Shown in pieces: positions 8,792-17,597 of a stretch of 64,000 bases of DNA. Made by a program: the position numbers and the translations under genes. The DNA is taken from positions 5,625 through 69,624 of the forward strand of contig CADASK010000024.1 of the NCBI GenBank assembly GCA_902790495.1, written 5' to 3'. Numbering within the stretch: position 1 is the stretch's first letter; every line of letters begins with the position of its first letter. This DNA comes from an uncultured Eubacteriales bacterium (GTDB lineage: Bacteria; Bacillota; Clostridia; Christensenellales; Aristaeellaceae). The notes beneath the pieces were generated by a model. It had not been told where the DNA came from. It ran no database searches and was given only the letters and a program-made list of their open reading frames with translations.

Positions 8792-11572
8792 ATGAACGAC
8801 GTGCAGCAGCGCGCAGCGGCAAAGCACTTTGCGGATTACTGGAAAGGCAAGGGCTATGAGAAGGGCGACAGTCAAAAGTTCTGGCTTTCCCTGCTGACGG
8901 ATGTGTTCGGCGTGGAACACGCGGCGGAATTCATATCGTTTGAAGATCAAGTTCATCTTGACCACACCAGTTTTATAGATGGATATATCCCTGCCACCCA
9001 TGTTCTGATTGAGCAGAAAAGCATAGGCAAGAGCCTGTCACAGCCCATCCGGCAATCTGACGGTTCCCTGTTGAAGCCGATAGAGCAGGCAAAACGCTAT
9101 GCTAACGAACTGCCTTATTCACAACGTCCGCGCTGGATTGTCATTTCTAATTTTGAGTGTTTCCACGTTTACGATATGGAACACCCGCAGGCAGAAGCCA
9201 TAGAAATCAAGCTTGAAGACTTGCCTGAAGAGTATTACCGGCTTGAATTCCTGGTGAAGACCGGGGATGCGAACCTGCAAAGGGAAATGCAAATATCCTT
9301 TGACGCAGGCAAACTTGTCGGCAAACTGTATGACGCTTTCTTGAAGGAATACAGAGACCCCACCAACGAACACAGCTTGAAAAGCCTGAATGCGCTGTGC
9401 GTCCGCCTTGTTTTCTGCCTGTATGCCGAGGATGCGGGTATATTCGGCCGGCGTTTAATGTTCCATGACTATTTGCAGCACAACGGCATTTCCAAGGCAC
9501 GTCAGGCGTTAATCGACCTGTTCCGCGTGCTGGACACAAAAATCGAAGACCGCGACCCGTATATGGACGACGAGCTTGCATCGTTCCCTTACGTCAACGG
9601 CGGGCTTTTCAGCGATGAAAACATCGAGATACCTCGCATCAATGAAACCATTTTCGATCTGCTGCTGAACCAAGCCAGCGCGGCGTTTAACTGGAGCGAG
9701 ATCAGCCCGACCATATTTGGCGCTGTGTTTGAAAGCACCTTGAACCCGGAAACCCGGCGCAGCGGCGGCATGCACTATACCAGCATTGAAAACATTCACA
9801 AGGTCATTGACCCCTTATTCCTCGACGCATTGAAAACAGAGCTGGAAGACATCAAAGCAATCCAGCAGCCTGGCACAAGAAAGCGTCGTTTGGAAGCATA
9901 TCAGAACAAACTTGCTTCGCTGAAATTTTTGGACCCGGCCGCAGGCAGCGGAAATTTCCTCACCGAGAGCTATCTTTGTCTGCGCAGGCTGGAAAATGAA
10001 GTGATCGACTTGCTGCAGCAGGGGCAGATTGTCATCGGTGAGGCGATCAATCCGATCAAAGTATCCATTGCGCAGTTTTACGGCATTGAAATCAATGACT
10101 TTGCCGTGACCGTTGCTAAAACCGCTTTGTGGATTGCTGAAAGCCAAATGTTGAAGCGGACAGAAGATATAGTGCATTTGCAGCTTGATTTTCTGCCCTT
10201 GAAAAGCTATGTAAACATCGTTGAAGGAAACGCCCTGCGCATTGACTGGAATGATGTTATCCCGGCGCGGGAACTGTCCTATATTATGGGCAATCCGCCG
10301 TTTGTAGGCGCACGGATAATGACAAAAGTGCAAAAGGAAGATATTAATCTTATATTTGCTAAACGGAAAGGCGCAGGAAATCTTGATTATGTGTCGGCAT
10401 GGTATGAAAAAGCTACTGATTATATTTCTGGAACAAGAATCAATGCAGCCTTTGTGTCAACTAATTCCATTACTCAAGGGGAACAGGCAACCATATTATG
10501 GCAGCCTTTAATGGCAAAAGGTGTAGTTATTACTTTTGCATGGACAACTTTTAAGTGGGGCAGTGAATCAAATGACCCAGCCGCAGTTAGCTGTGTTATT
10601 GTTGGTTTTTCCGTAAATCCCCCAACTTCTGAACGTTTACTTTTTCAAAGCGAGCATTCATTTATCAAAGCAAACAACATAAATGCGTACCTGTTGAATG
10701 CGCCGAATATTTTTGTAACAAACAGAGCTAATACTTTGTGTAATGCCCCTGCAATCAATTATGGTAGTTTCGCTTTAGATGATGGAAACTATACAATAAG
10801 CGAAAAGGAATACTCCGAACTTATTGCACAGGATGAAACGATAACTGAATTGATGCGTCCATTTATTGGCGCACAAGAATTGTTGCACAAAAAGAAACGG
10901 TTTTGTGTTTGGCTAAAAGGTGTATCCCCCTCTAAGCTTAATGCTCATCCACTTATCAAAAACAAAGTGGCATTAGTTCAGGAATGGAGAAGCAAAAGTT
11001 CCCGGCAAAATACAGTAGCTTTAGCTGAGACCCCTACACTATTTGCAGAAGTAAGGCAACCAGATACGATGTATCTTGCAATCCCAACTGTTTGTAGTGA
11101 AAAAAGGCGTTATATACCTATGGCATTTTTGACACCAGATATTATAGCATCAAATCAATTATACATTGTTGGAAATGCTGACATATATCATTTTGGCGTC
11201 CTGATGTCAAATGTTCATATGGCGTGGATGCGTGCTGTATGTGGTAGATTAGAGTTAAGATATAGGTATTCGTCCGCCGTTGTTTATAATAATTTTCCAT
11301 GGCCTAATCCTACAGCCCAACAGCAAGAACGAATAAGAAAAACTGCACAGGCTATCATTGATGCACGTGCGCTTTATCCTGATAGCAGCCTTGCAGAGTT
11401 ATATGATGAAGTGTTAATGCCCCCGGAGCTGCGCACAGCCCACCAACAGAATGACCGCGCTGTATGGGAAGCATACGGCAAAGCATGGAACATCGGCAAA
11501 GAAAGTGAATGTGTCGCCTACCTGATGAAGCTTTATCAAACTATGACGGCGGCAGAGGGCAGCAAATCGTAA
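8792..11572 (+). CDS. MmeI-family Type IIL restriction-modification enzyme (fused nuclease, N6-adenine methyltransferase and specificity domain)
   Basis: 926 aa. The N-terminus has a PD-ExK-like IDGYIPATHVLIEQKS segment within an MmeI-like leader (FWLSLLTDVFGV). SAM motif I FLDPAAGSGNFL, motif IV NPPF (MGNPPFVGA), and a long C-terminal TRD. RBS ggagg 7 nt upstream. Confidence 0.85.
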   Translation: MNDVQQRAAAKHFADYWKGKGYEKGDSQKFWLSLLTDVFGVEHAAEFISFEDQVHLDHTSFIDGYIPATHVLIEQKSIGKSLSQPIRQSDGSLLKPIEQAKRYANELPYSQRPRWIVISNFECFHVYDMEHPQAEAIEIKLEDLPEEYYRLEFLVKTGDANLQREMQISFDAGKLVGKLYDAFLKEYRDPTNEHSLKSLNALCVRLVFCLYAEDAGIFGRRLMFHDYLQHNGISKARQALIDLFRVLDTKIEDRDPYMDDELASFPYVNGGLFSDENIEIPRINETIFDLLLNQASAAFNWSEISPTIFGAVFESTLNPETRRSGGMHYTSIENIHKVIDPLFLDALKTELEDIKAIQQPGTRKRRLEAYQNKLASLKFLDPAAGSGNFLTESYLCLRRLENEVIDLLQQGQIVIGEAINPIKVSIAQFYGIEINDFAVTVAKTALWIAESQMLKRTEDIVHLQLDFLPLKSYVNIVEGNALRIDWNDVIPARELSYIMGNPPFVGARIMTKVQKEDINLIFAKRKGAGNLDYVSAWYEKATDYISGTRINAAFVSTNSITQGEQATILWQPLMAKGVVITFAWTTFKWGSESNDPAAVSCVIVGFSVNPPTSERLLFQSEHSFIKANNINAYLLNAPNIFVTNRANTLCNAPAINYGSFALDDGNYTISEKEYSELIAQDETITELMRPFIGAQELLHKKKRFCVWLKGVSPSKLNAHPLIKNKVALVQEWRSKSSRQNTVALAETPTLFAEVRQPDTMYLAIPTVCSEKRRYIPMAFLTPDIIASNQLYIVGNADIYHFGVLMSNVHMAWMRAVCGRLELRYRYSSAVVYNNFPWPNPTAQQQERIRKTAQAIIDARALYPDSSLAELYDEVLMPPELRTAHQQNDRAVWEAYGKAWNIGKESECVAYLMKLYQTMTAAEGSKS

Positions 11573-11585
11573 CCCTTATTGTCTA

Positions 11586-11625
11586 AAGAAAGAGCGCCGT
11601 TCGTGACTGAACGACGCTCTTTCTT
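11586..11625. terminator. Bidirectional hairpin terminator
   Basis: AAGAAAGAGCG c CGTTC gtgact GAACG a CGCTCTTTCTT, between convergent genes. Confidence 0.65.
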
Positions 11626-11649
11626 GCATTGCTCTGTTTCCCTGGAGCC

Positions 11650-11901
11650 TCAGCCGTGCAGGCCCTGCTCCTGGCGCTCCATGTTCTCGACCACCACATC
11701 GTAGATCTCGCCCAGGGACGCGCCGTACTCCAGCACCTTCCAGGGTTCGTTGGTGTGGAAGTGGATCTTGATCAGCTCGTCGTCGCCGACGGCCAGCAGG
11801 CAGTCGCCCTTGAAGTTCTCGGTGATGTAGTCGTTGATGGCGTCCTCGTCGAGGTCATGGCCTTCAATGAGGAGTTGGGTGTCGAATTTGAATTCCAGCA
11901 T
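11650..11901 (-). CDS. Small FakA/YloV (DAK2-fusion) C-terminal-like protein
   Basis: 83 aa. IKIHFHTNEPWKVLEYGASLGEIYDVVVENMERQ resembles the conserved segment of YloV/FakA-type proteins. RBS aaaggag 10 nt upstream. Confidence 0.45.
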   Translation of the reverse strand: MLEFKFDTQLLIEGHDLDEDAINDYITENFKGDCLLAVGDDELIKIHFHTNEPWKVLEYGASLGEIYDVVVENMERQEQGLHG

Positions 11902-11967
11902 CAGGGGTCAGCTCCTTTCAAACTTGATACTGTTTGCAAATGCGTTTGTTCGCGTAAAGGCGAGCGG

Positions 11968-12025
11968 CGAAGGTTTGCAAAGGGCGATCGCAAAGCCCTT
12001 TGCCCGCGCCCGCAGGCGCGGAACC
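11968..12025 (+). repeat. Family-1 repeat, short form (C5)
   Basis: cgaaggttt GCAAAGGG cgatcgcaaag CCCTTTGC CCGCGCC cgca GGCGCGG aacc. Confidence 0.9.
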
Positions 12026-12035
12026 TCTGCGCAGG

Positions 12036-12093
12036 GGATTTCGCCGCCTGCGGGCGGCGACCAGAGGCTTTCCGATCGCCTCTGGACTCTTCG
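12036..12093 (-). repeat. Family-1 repeat, short form, CCAGAGG subtype (C6)
   Basis: The reverse complement reads cgaagagt CCAGAGG cgatcggaaag CCTCTGG TCGCCGCC cgca GGCGGCGA aatcc. Tail-to-tail with C5. Confidence 0.9.
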
Positions 12094-12146
12094 GGGCAGC
12101 CGTTTGGTGAAAGGGCTTTGTGTCGCTCAAGGCAATTGTAAGGAAG

Positions 12147-13970
<1,824 letters not shown>

Positions 13971-14017
13971 AGGCTTGATAAGGCTCCTTGTCTCATAAAA
14001 CAGTTCATCATGTAACA

Positions 14018-14075
14018 TGCTGCGCCCCGAAGAGTCCAGAGGCGATCGGAAAGCCTCTGGTCGCCGCCTGGAGGC
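14018..14075 (+). repeat. Family-1 repeat, short form, CCAGAGG subtype (C7)
   Basis: cgaagagt CCAGAGG cgatcggaaag CCTCTGG TCGCCGCC tgga GGCGGCGA aactcc. Near-identical to C6 but inverted. Confidence 0.9.
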
Positions 14076-14112
14076 GGCGAAACTCCTGCTTCCAGGAGGT
14101 CTTTGGAGGAAG

Positions 14113-15723
14113 TCATTCTTCCTCCGCCTTGCGGGCCGCGGTCTCCGCCAGCTCCAGGCCGGGGTTGTTCTCCATCGCCAGGCGGATGCTCCACTCGTTC
14201 TCAAACAGCAGCACATCCCTGCCGCGGCTGTCCTTGGCGCGTCCGGAGGTCGAGGTCAGCTTCAGCTCCTCCACGGGCTTGGGCGTCTTGGTGACCCAGC
14301 GCACGTGGTGGAAGTTCATGGGCTCCATCACCAGTTCGGCCTGGTACTCGGTGCGCAGGCGGTGTTCCAGCACCTCGAACTGCAGCACGCCGACCACGCC
14401 GACCATGAACTCCTCCCGCCCGGTCTCCGTGCGGGTGAAGGTCTGGATCGCGCCCTCCTCGGCCAGCTGGTTGATGCCCTTCTGGAACTGCTTGCGCTTC
14501 ATGCTGTCCCTGGGCCGCACGCGGTTGAAGAACTCCGGCGCGAAGACCGGGATGTCCTCGTAGTGCAGCTTCGGGCCGTCGGAAAGGGTGTCGCCCAGCT
14601 GGTAGATGCCGGGGTCGAACAGGCCGATGATATCGCCCGCGTAGGCCTCCTCCACCGCCTCGCGCTCGTCCGCCATGAACTGCTGGGGCTGCTTGAGGGC
14701 CACGGGCTTGCCGGTGCCGGAGTGCCAGACCTCCATGCCCTTCTCGAAGGCGCCGGACACGATGCGCATAAAGGCGAGGCGGTCGCGGTGGGCCGGGTTC
14801 ATATTGGCCTGGATCTTGAAGATGAAGCCGGAGAAGTAGTTCTCCTCGGGGCCGATCTCGCCGATGTCGCTGCGGCGCGGCAGGGGCGGCGGCGTGTAGC
14901 GCAGGAAGCGCTCCAGGAAGGGCTCCACGCCGAAGTTGGTCACCGCCGAGCCGAAGAACATGGGCGTCAGCTGGCCCGCGCGCACCTGCTCCAGGTCGAA
15001 GCTCTCGCCGGCCTCCAGCAGGTCCAGCTCCTCGTGCAGGCGCTCGATGTAGCCCTCGTTCAGCGCGTCGTGCAGGGCGGGGTCGTCCAGGGGAATGTCC
15101 GCCTTCTCCACCATGCGCTTGCCGTGGTCGCCGCCGGTGTAGAGCTCCACCAGGTTCGTGTCCCGGTGGTACACGCCCTGGAAGTCGCCGTCCACGCCGA
15201 TGGGCCAGTTGATCGGGCAGGAGCGGATGCCCAGCACGCTCTCGATCTCGTCCATCAGCGCGAAGGGATCCTTCGCCGCGCGGTCCATCTTGTTGACAAA
15301 GGTGAAGATCGGGATGTTGCGCATCCGGCAGACCTTGAACAGCTTGATGGTCTGGGCCTCGACGCCCTTGGCCGCGTCGATCAGCATGACCGCCGCGTCC
15401 GCCGCCACCAGCACACGGTAGGTGTCCTCCGAGAAGTCCTGGTGGCCGGGGGTGTCGAGGATGTTGATGTGGTAGCCGTCAAACTCGAACTGCATGGCGG
15501 AGGAGGTCACGGAGATGCCGCGCTGCTTCTCGATGTCCATCCAGTCGGAGGTGGCGTGCTTGTCGCTCTTGCGCGCCTTGACGCTGCCCGCGGAACGGAT
15601 CGCGCCGCCGTAGAGCAGCAGCTTTTCCGTGAGCGTGGTTTTGCCCGCGTCCGGGTGCGAGATGATGGCGAAGGTTCTTCGCCGCTCCACCTCCCTGTGC
15701 AGCGTCTCCTGGGTTGCCGGCAT
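14113..15723 (-). CDS. prfC: Peptide chain release factor 3
   Basis: MPATQETLHREVERRRTFAIISHPDAGKTTLTEKLLLYGGAI... with DTPGHQDF and NKMD motifs. ATG 15723 preceded by gggaggg. Confidence 0.92.
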   Translation of the reverse strand: MPATQETLHREVERRRTFAIISHPDAGKTTLTEKLLLYGGAIRSAGSVKARKSDKHATSDWMDIEKQRGISVTSSAMQFEFDGYHINILDTPGHQDFSEDTYRVLVAADAAVMLIDAAKGVEAQTIKLFKVCRMRNIPIFTFVNKMDRAAKDPFALMDEIESVLGIRSCPINWPIGVDGDFQGVYHRDTNLVELYTGGDHGKRMVEKADIPLDDPALHDALNEGYIERLHEELDLLEAGESFDLEQVRAGQLTPMFFGSAVTNFGVEPFLERFLRYTPPPLPRRSDIGEIGPEENYFSGFIFKIQANMNPAHRDRLAFMRIVSGAFEKGMEVWHSGTGKPVALKQPQQFMADEREAVEEAYAGDIIGLFDPGIYQLGDTLSDGPKLHYEDIPVFAPEFFNRVRPRDSMKRKQFQKGINQLAEEGAIQTFTRTETGREEFMVGVVGVLQFEVLEHRLRTEYQAELVMEPMNFHHVRWVTKTPKPVEELKLTSTSGRAKDSRGRDVLLFENEWSIRLAMENNPGLELAETAARKAEEE

Positions 15724-15765
15724 CCTGATCCCTCCCGCATTTCTTAAGGAAATAACCAACGATGT

Positions 15766-15795
15766 ATTATAAAGTGGAGATACATGGGTTGTCAA
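15766..15795 (-). promoter_or_regulatory. Sigma-70-type promoter of prfC
   Basis: Minus strand: TTGACA, 18-nt spacer, TATAAT. Confidence 0.6.
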
Positions 15796-15870
15796 GAATG
15801 AAATCTGGGAGGAATTTGGGCAGAAATCGGGAAAGATTGGGTGTTTGCGCGCAAAAAAGAACGGCCTCCG

Positions 15871-15899
15871 TTGACAGGACGCCGCTCCTTCGGTAGAAT
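15871..15899 (+). promoter_or_regulatory. Near-consensus promoter driving a short plus-strand RNA
   Basis: TTGACA (15871-15876), 17-nt spacer, TAGAAT (15894-15899). No plus-strand ORF follows. Confidence 0.6.
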
Positions 15900-15905
15900 T
15901 GTAAT

Positions 15906-15978
15906 GCAGTGGATGTTTCCTGTTGGCAACCCAATGGAAACGGCCTCTGAGTAGCGGCAACTACCCAGAGGCTTTTTC
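15906..15978 (+). ncRNA. Predicted ~73-nt antisense sRNA (type I antitoxin candidate)
   Basis: Bounded by the promoter at 15871-15899 and a terminator (GCCTCTG a GTAG cggcaa CTAC c CAGAGGC + TTTTT, 15943-15977). Convergent with the 26-aa toxin ORF and ends 5 nt from its stop codon. Confidence 0.5.
15943..15977. terminator. Bidirectional terminator shared by the sRNA and toxin mRNA
   Basis: 11-bp interrupted stem. T5 follows on the plus strand; a weaker TTT follows on the minus strand. Confidence 0.65.
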
Positions 15979-15982
15979 TGTC

Positions 15983-16063
15983 TTAGTTCTTATGACCGTA
16001 GTGAACGGTGAGAACAAGACTGATGACAGCAATCAGAGCCATGAACAATTCAAGGTTCGTCAT
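15983..16063 (-). CDS. 26-aa hydrophobic peptide, holin-like type I toxin candidate
   Basis: MTNLELFMALIAVISLVLTVHYGHKN: a single TM helix plus a polar tail. Strong SD AGGGGGTG 5 nt upstream of the ATG. Below the ORF-track size cut-off as an independent gene. Confidence 0.6.
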   Translation of the reverse strand: MTNLELFMALIAVISLVLTVHYGHKN

Positions 16064-16073
16064 GCGCACCACC

Positions 16074-16098
16074 CCCTGTTGTCTTGATTCCAACAGGG
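16074..16098 (-). promoter_or_regulatory. 5' UTR hairpin occluding the toxin Shine-Dalgarno
   Basis: The mRNA reads CCCTGTTG gaatcaaga CAACAGGG ggtggtgcgc ATG. The 3' arm overlaps the first 4 nt of the SD. Confidence 0.55.
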
Positions 16099-16139
16099 TA
16101 AAGCATCCGGGCGATCGCCCAACCAATGACAGCATCCTT

Positions 16140-16168
16140 ATCATAACATAAGCATGAAATCCCGGCAA
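16140..16168 (-). promoter_or_regulatory. Promoter of the toxin mRNA
   Basis: Minus strand: TTGCCG, 17-nt spacer, TATGAT. Predicts a ~70-nt 5' UTR. Confidence 0.5.
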
Positions 16169-16394
16169 GTATACCGGAACTTCAAATTGTTTTGGAATAT
16201 GAGACAGTATTGGGGAATTTGGATGGGCTTTCGCGGTTTTCCACAGCTGATTCCTGCTGTTGAAGCCGGTCTGAGGCATTTGTGGATGTACTGTGATTCC
16301 GCCGAGAGCGGAGCCAAAGTGCCGTTACCGTTGGTGAAGAAATTGATGCAGTCGAATGGAGAAACACAGATCACGGGGATTCATCTCCTAAAGG

Positions 16395-16429
16395 TTAAAA
16401 AGAAAGCGCCACTCACATTGAATGGCGCT
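16395..16429 (-). terminator. Rho-independent terminator of the secreted-protein gene
   Basis: Minus strand: AGCGCCA ttcaatgtgag TGGCGCT ttcttttt. Confidence 0.75.
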
Positions 16430-16457
16430 GAAAGAAACCAAGCGAAAAAGATGCTAC

Positions 16458-17099
16458 TTACTTTAACATATTGTATGCATTTTCAAAGAAAGATGTATCT
16501 TCCATCTTGAAAAGATAATCAGAAGAAGCAAATTGTCCTTGTTCGGTAATTTTGAACGTTACAGATGAATTCTTCTTCAGTGCTTCCAAAACAGTTGATT
16601 CATAAGACGAATCTATATAGATTCGGTCTCCACCTTTCCACATTGTTCCGGTCATTTTAACTTTTTTTCCATCAGGATCAAGCATAACAATTGAATAGTA
16701 TGTGGTATCATATGAACTCTTTACGACATTTCGACCGTATTCAACAAGTTTGAGGGCTACATCATCTTTATCAATCAACCAAATAACATACAGTTTACTG
16801 TTGGTAGTAGCTGAATTGTTGAAAGTTCCTTCAACATATTCCTTTGTTGTGATATATCCCTCGGTGGTAGGATTCTTAAACTCATCAACGTAATATTTGA
16901 TCTGCCAGATACCGGTATTAGTCGGATCTGAAGCCCCCGCGGCATTTTTAGCGGCTGTAATTCTTGATTCCAATTCGCTTTCGAGTGCAATTAATTCTTC
17001 CAACGACATTCCTTCTAAAAAAGAATAGTCAGCTGCTATGGCAGAGAAAGAAAGCGAGCAAACAAGAATCGCAAGTAAAACACTCACCAATTTTTTCAT
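16458..17099 (-). CDS. Secreted protein of unknown function
   Basis: MKKLVSVLLAILVCSLSFSAIA signal peptide. ATG 17099 lies 8 nt after AGGAGG. AT-rich codon usage unlike the host. No family recognised. Confidence 0.7.
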   Translation of the reverse strand: MKKLVSVLLAILVCSLSFSAIAADYSFLEGMSLEELIALESELESRITAAKNAAGASDPTNTGIWQIKYYVDEFKNPTTEGYITTKEYVEGTFNNSATTNSKLYVIWLIDKDDVALKLVEYGRNVVKSSYDTTYYSIVMLDPDGKKVKMTGTMWKGGDRIYIDSSYESTVLEALKKNSSVTFKITEQGQFASSDYLFKMEDTSFFENAYNMLK

Positions 17100-17134
17100 C
17101 ACCAAATCCTCCTTTGAGCAAACTTTCTTTATAG

Positions 17135-17163
17135 ATTATAACCTCACAGCCCAGAAAAAGCAA
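17135..17163 (-). promoter_or_regulatory. Promoter of the secreted-protein gene
   Basis: Minus strand: TTGCTT, 17-nt spacer, TATAAT. Confidence 0.5.
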
Positions 17164-17237
17164 TATACTAAATGGTTATTCTGGTGAATTGTTAATATAT
17201 TTTTCCCATTTACTCTGACACCCGTCTTCACTGCTGT

Positions 17238-17438
17238 TCATGTCCAGCTTTTCGCATTCAAGCCAAACTTCAGTACAAGAAATACTCCGTTTATGTGATC
17301 GTTCATCAAAGTAGTGCCCTTATAGGCTTCCTGTAATACGGATTCAATGACTATGTACTCAGAGATTTCCTCCAGTGCCGCGATCTTTGAGGTTGCCCAT
17401 TCACTCAGCAGAACTTTTCTTCCTCCAGCTCTTTCCAA
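17238..17438 (-). CDS. Small hypothetical ORF or gene fragment
   Basis: 66-codon frame beginning at TTG with no good SD. A 4-codon ATG ORF (MKKV stop) lies just upstream in another frame, suggesting a degraded gene. Confidence 0.2.
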   Translation of the reverse strand: MERAGGRKVLLSEWATSKIAALEEISEYIVIESVLQEAYKGTTLMNDHINGVFLVLKFGLNAKSWT

Positions 17439-17482
17439 ATGCCTTTTTGTTCAAACTTTCTTCATTCTTGCGTAATAACATC

Positions 17483-17512
17483 TTGACAAAAACAGCGCAT
17501 TTAGGTTACAAT
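17483..17512 (+). promoter_or_regulatory. Promoter of the surface-protein gene
   Basis: TTGACA (17483-17488), 18-nt spacer, TACAAT (17507-17512). Confidence 0.55.
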
Positions 17513-17597
17513 AGGCTTGGTATCGAATACCCATGCCTTGCCCGGCCTGGCCGGGAACGGAAGGAGGAAGGGCGGTGCCCCGCACGGCCCAAACACG

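Larger units (their letters stand above)
8720..11630. other. Low-GC island carrying the restriction-modification gene
   Basis: Hand counts of 60-nt lines: 28/60 GC (8821-8880), 33/60 (9541-9600) and 21/60 (10621-10680), against 40/60 in typA (12181-12240). Confidence 0.8.
15960..17480. other. Low-GC islet between prfC and the surface-protein gene
   Basis: Hand count 24/60 GC for 16621-16680. Consensus AT-rich promoters. No integrase or recognisable boundary repeats. Confidence 0.7.

Noticed and set aside
8580-8795. Two ~70-aa ORFs on opposite strands between clpB and the RM gene.
   Set aside because: - The interval is occupied by the divergent clpB and RM promoters and the CtsR-like box.
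- The ORFs have no SD and mutually overlap.
16141-16374. A 77-codon Cys-rich minus-strand ORF (GTG start 10 nt after aggag) between the secreted-protein terminator and the toxin gene.
   Set aside because: - It has no recognisable family.
- It overlaps the predicted toxin promoter.
- The region has no independent promoter signal.
- It cannot be excluded as a real small protein, but support is weak.
16154-16510. A 118-aa plus-strand ORF in the low-GC islet.
   Set aside because: - It has no SD and runs antisense across the terminator and the 3' end of the secreted-protein gene.
- Open frames are common in this AT-rich patch only because it is short.
17513-17597. The 5' leader of the surface-protein gene as a riboswitch or attenuator (hairpins GGCatgggtattcgataccaaGCC-like and CCCGGCCtGGCCGGG).
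   Set aside because: - I recognise no conserved riboswitch core.
- The hairpins are short, and there is no terminator/antiterminator alternative.
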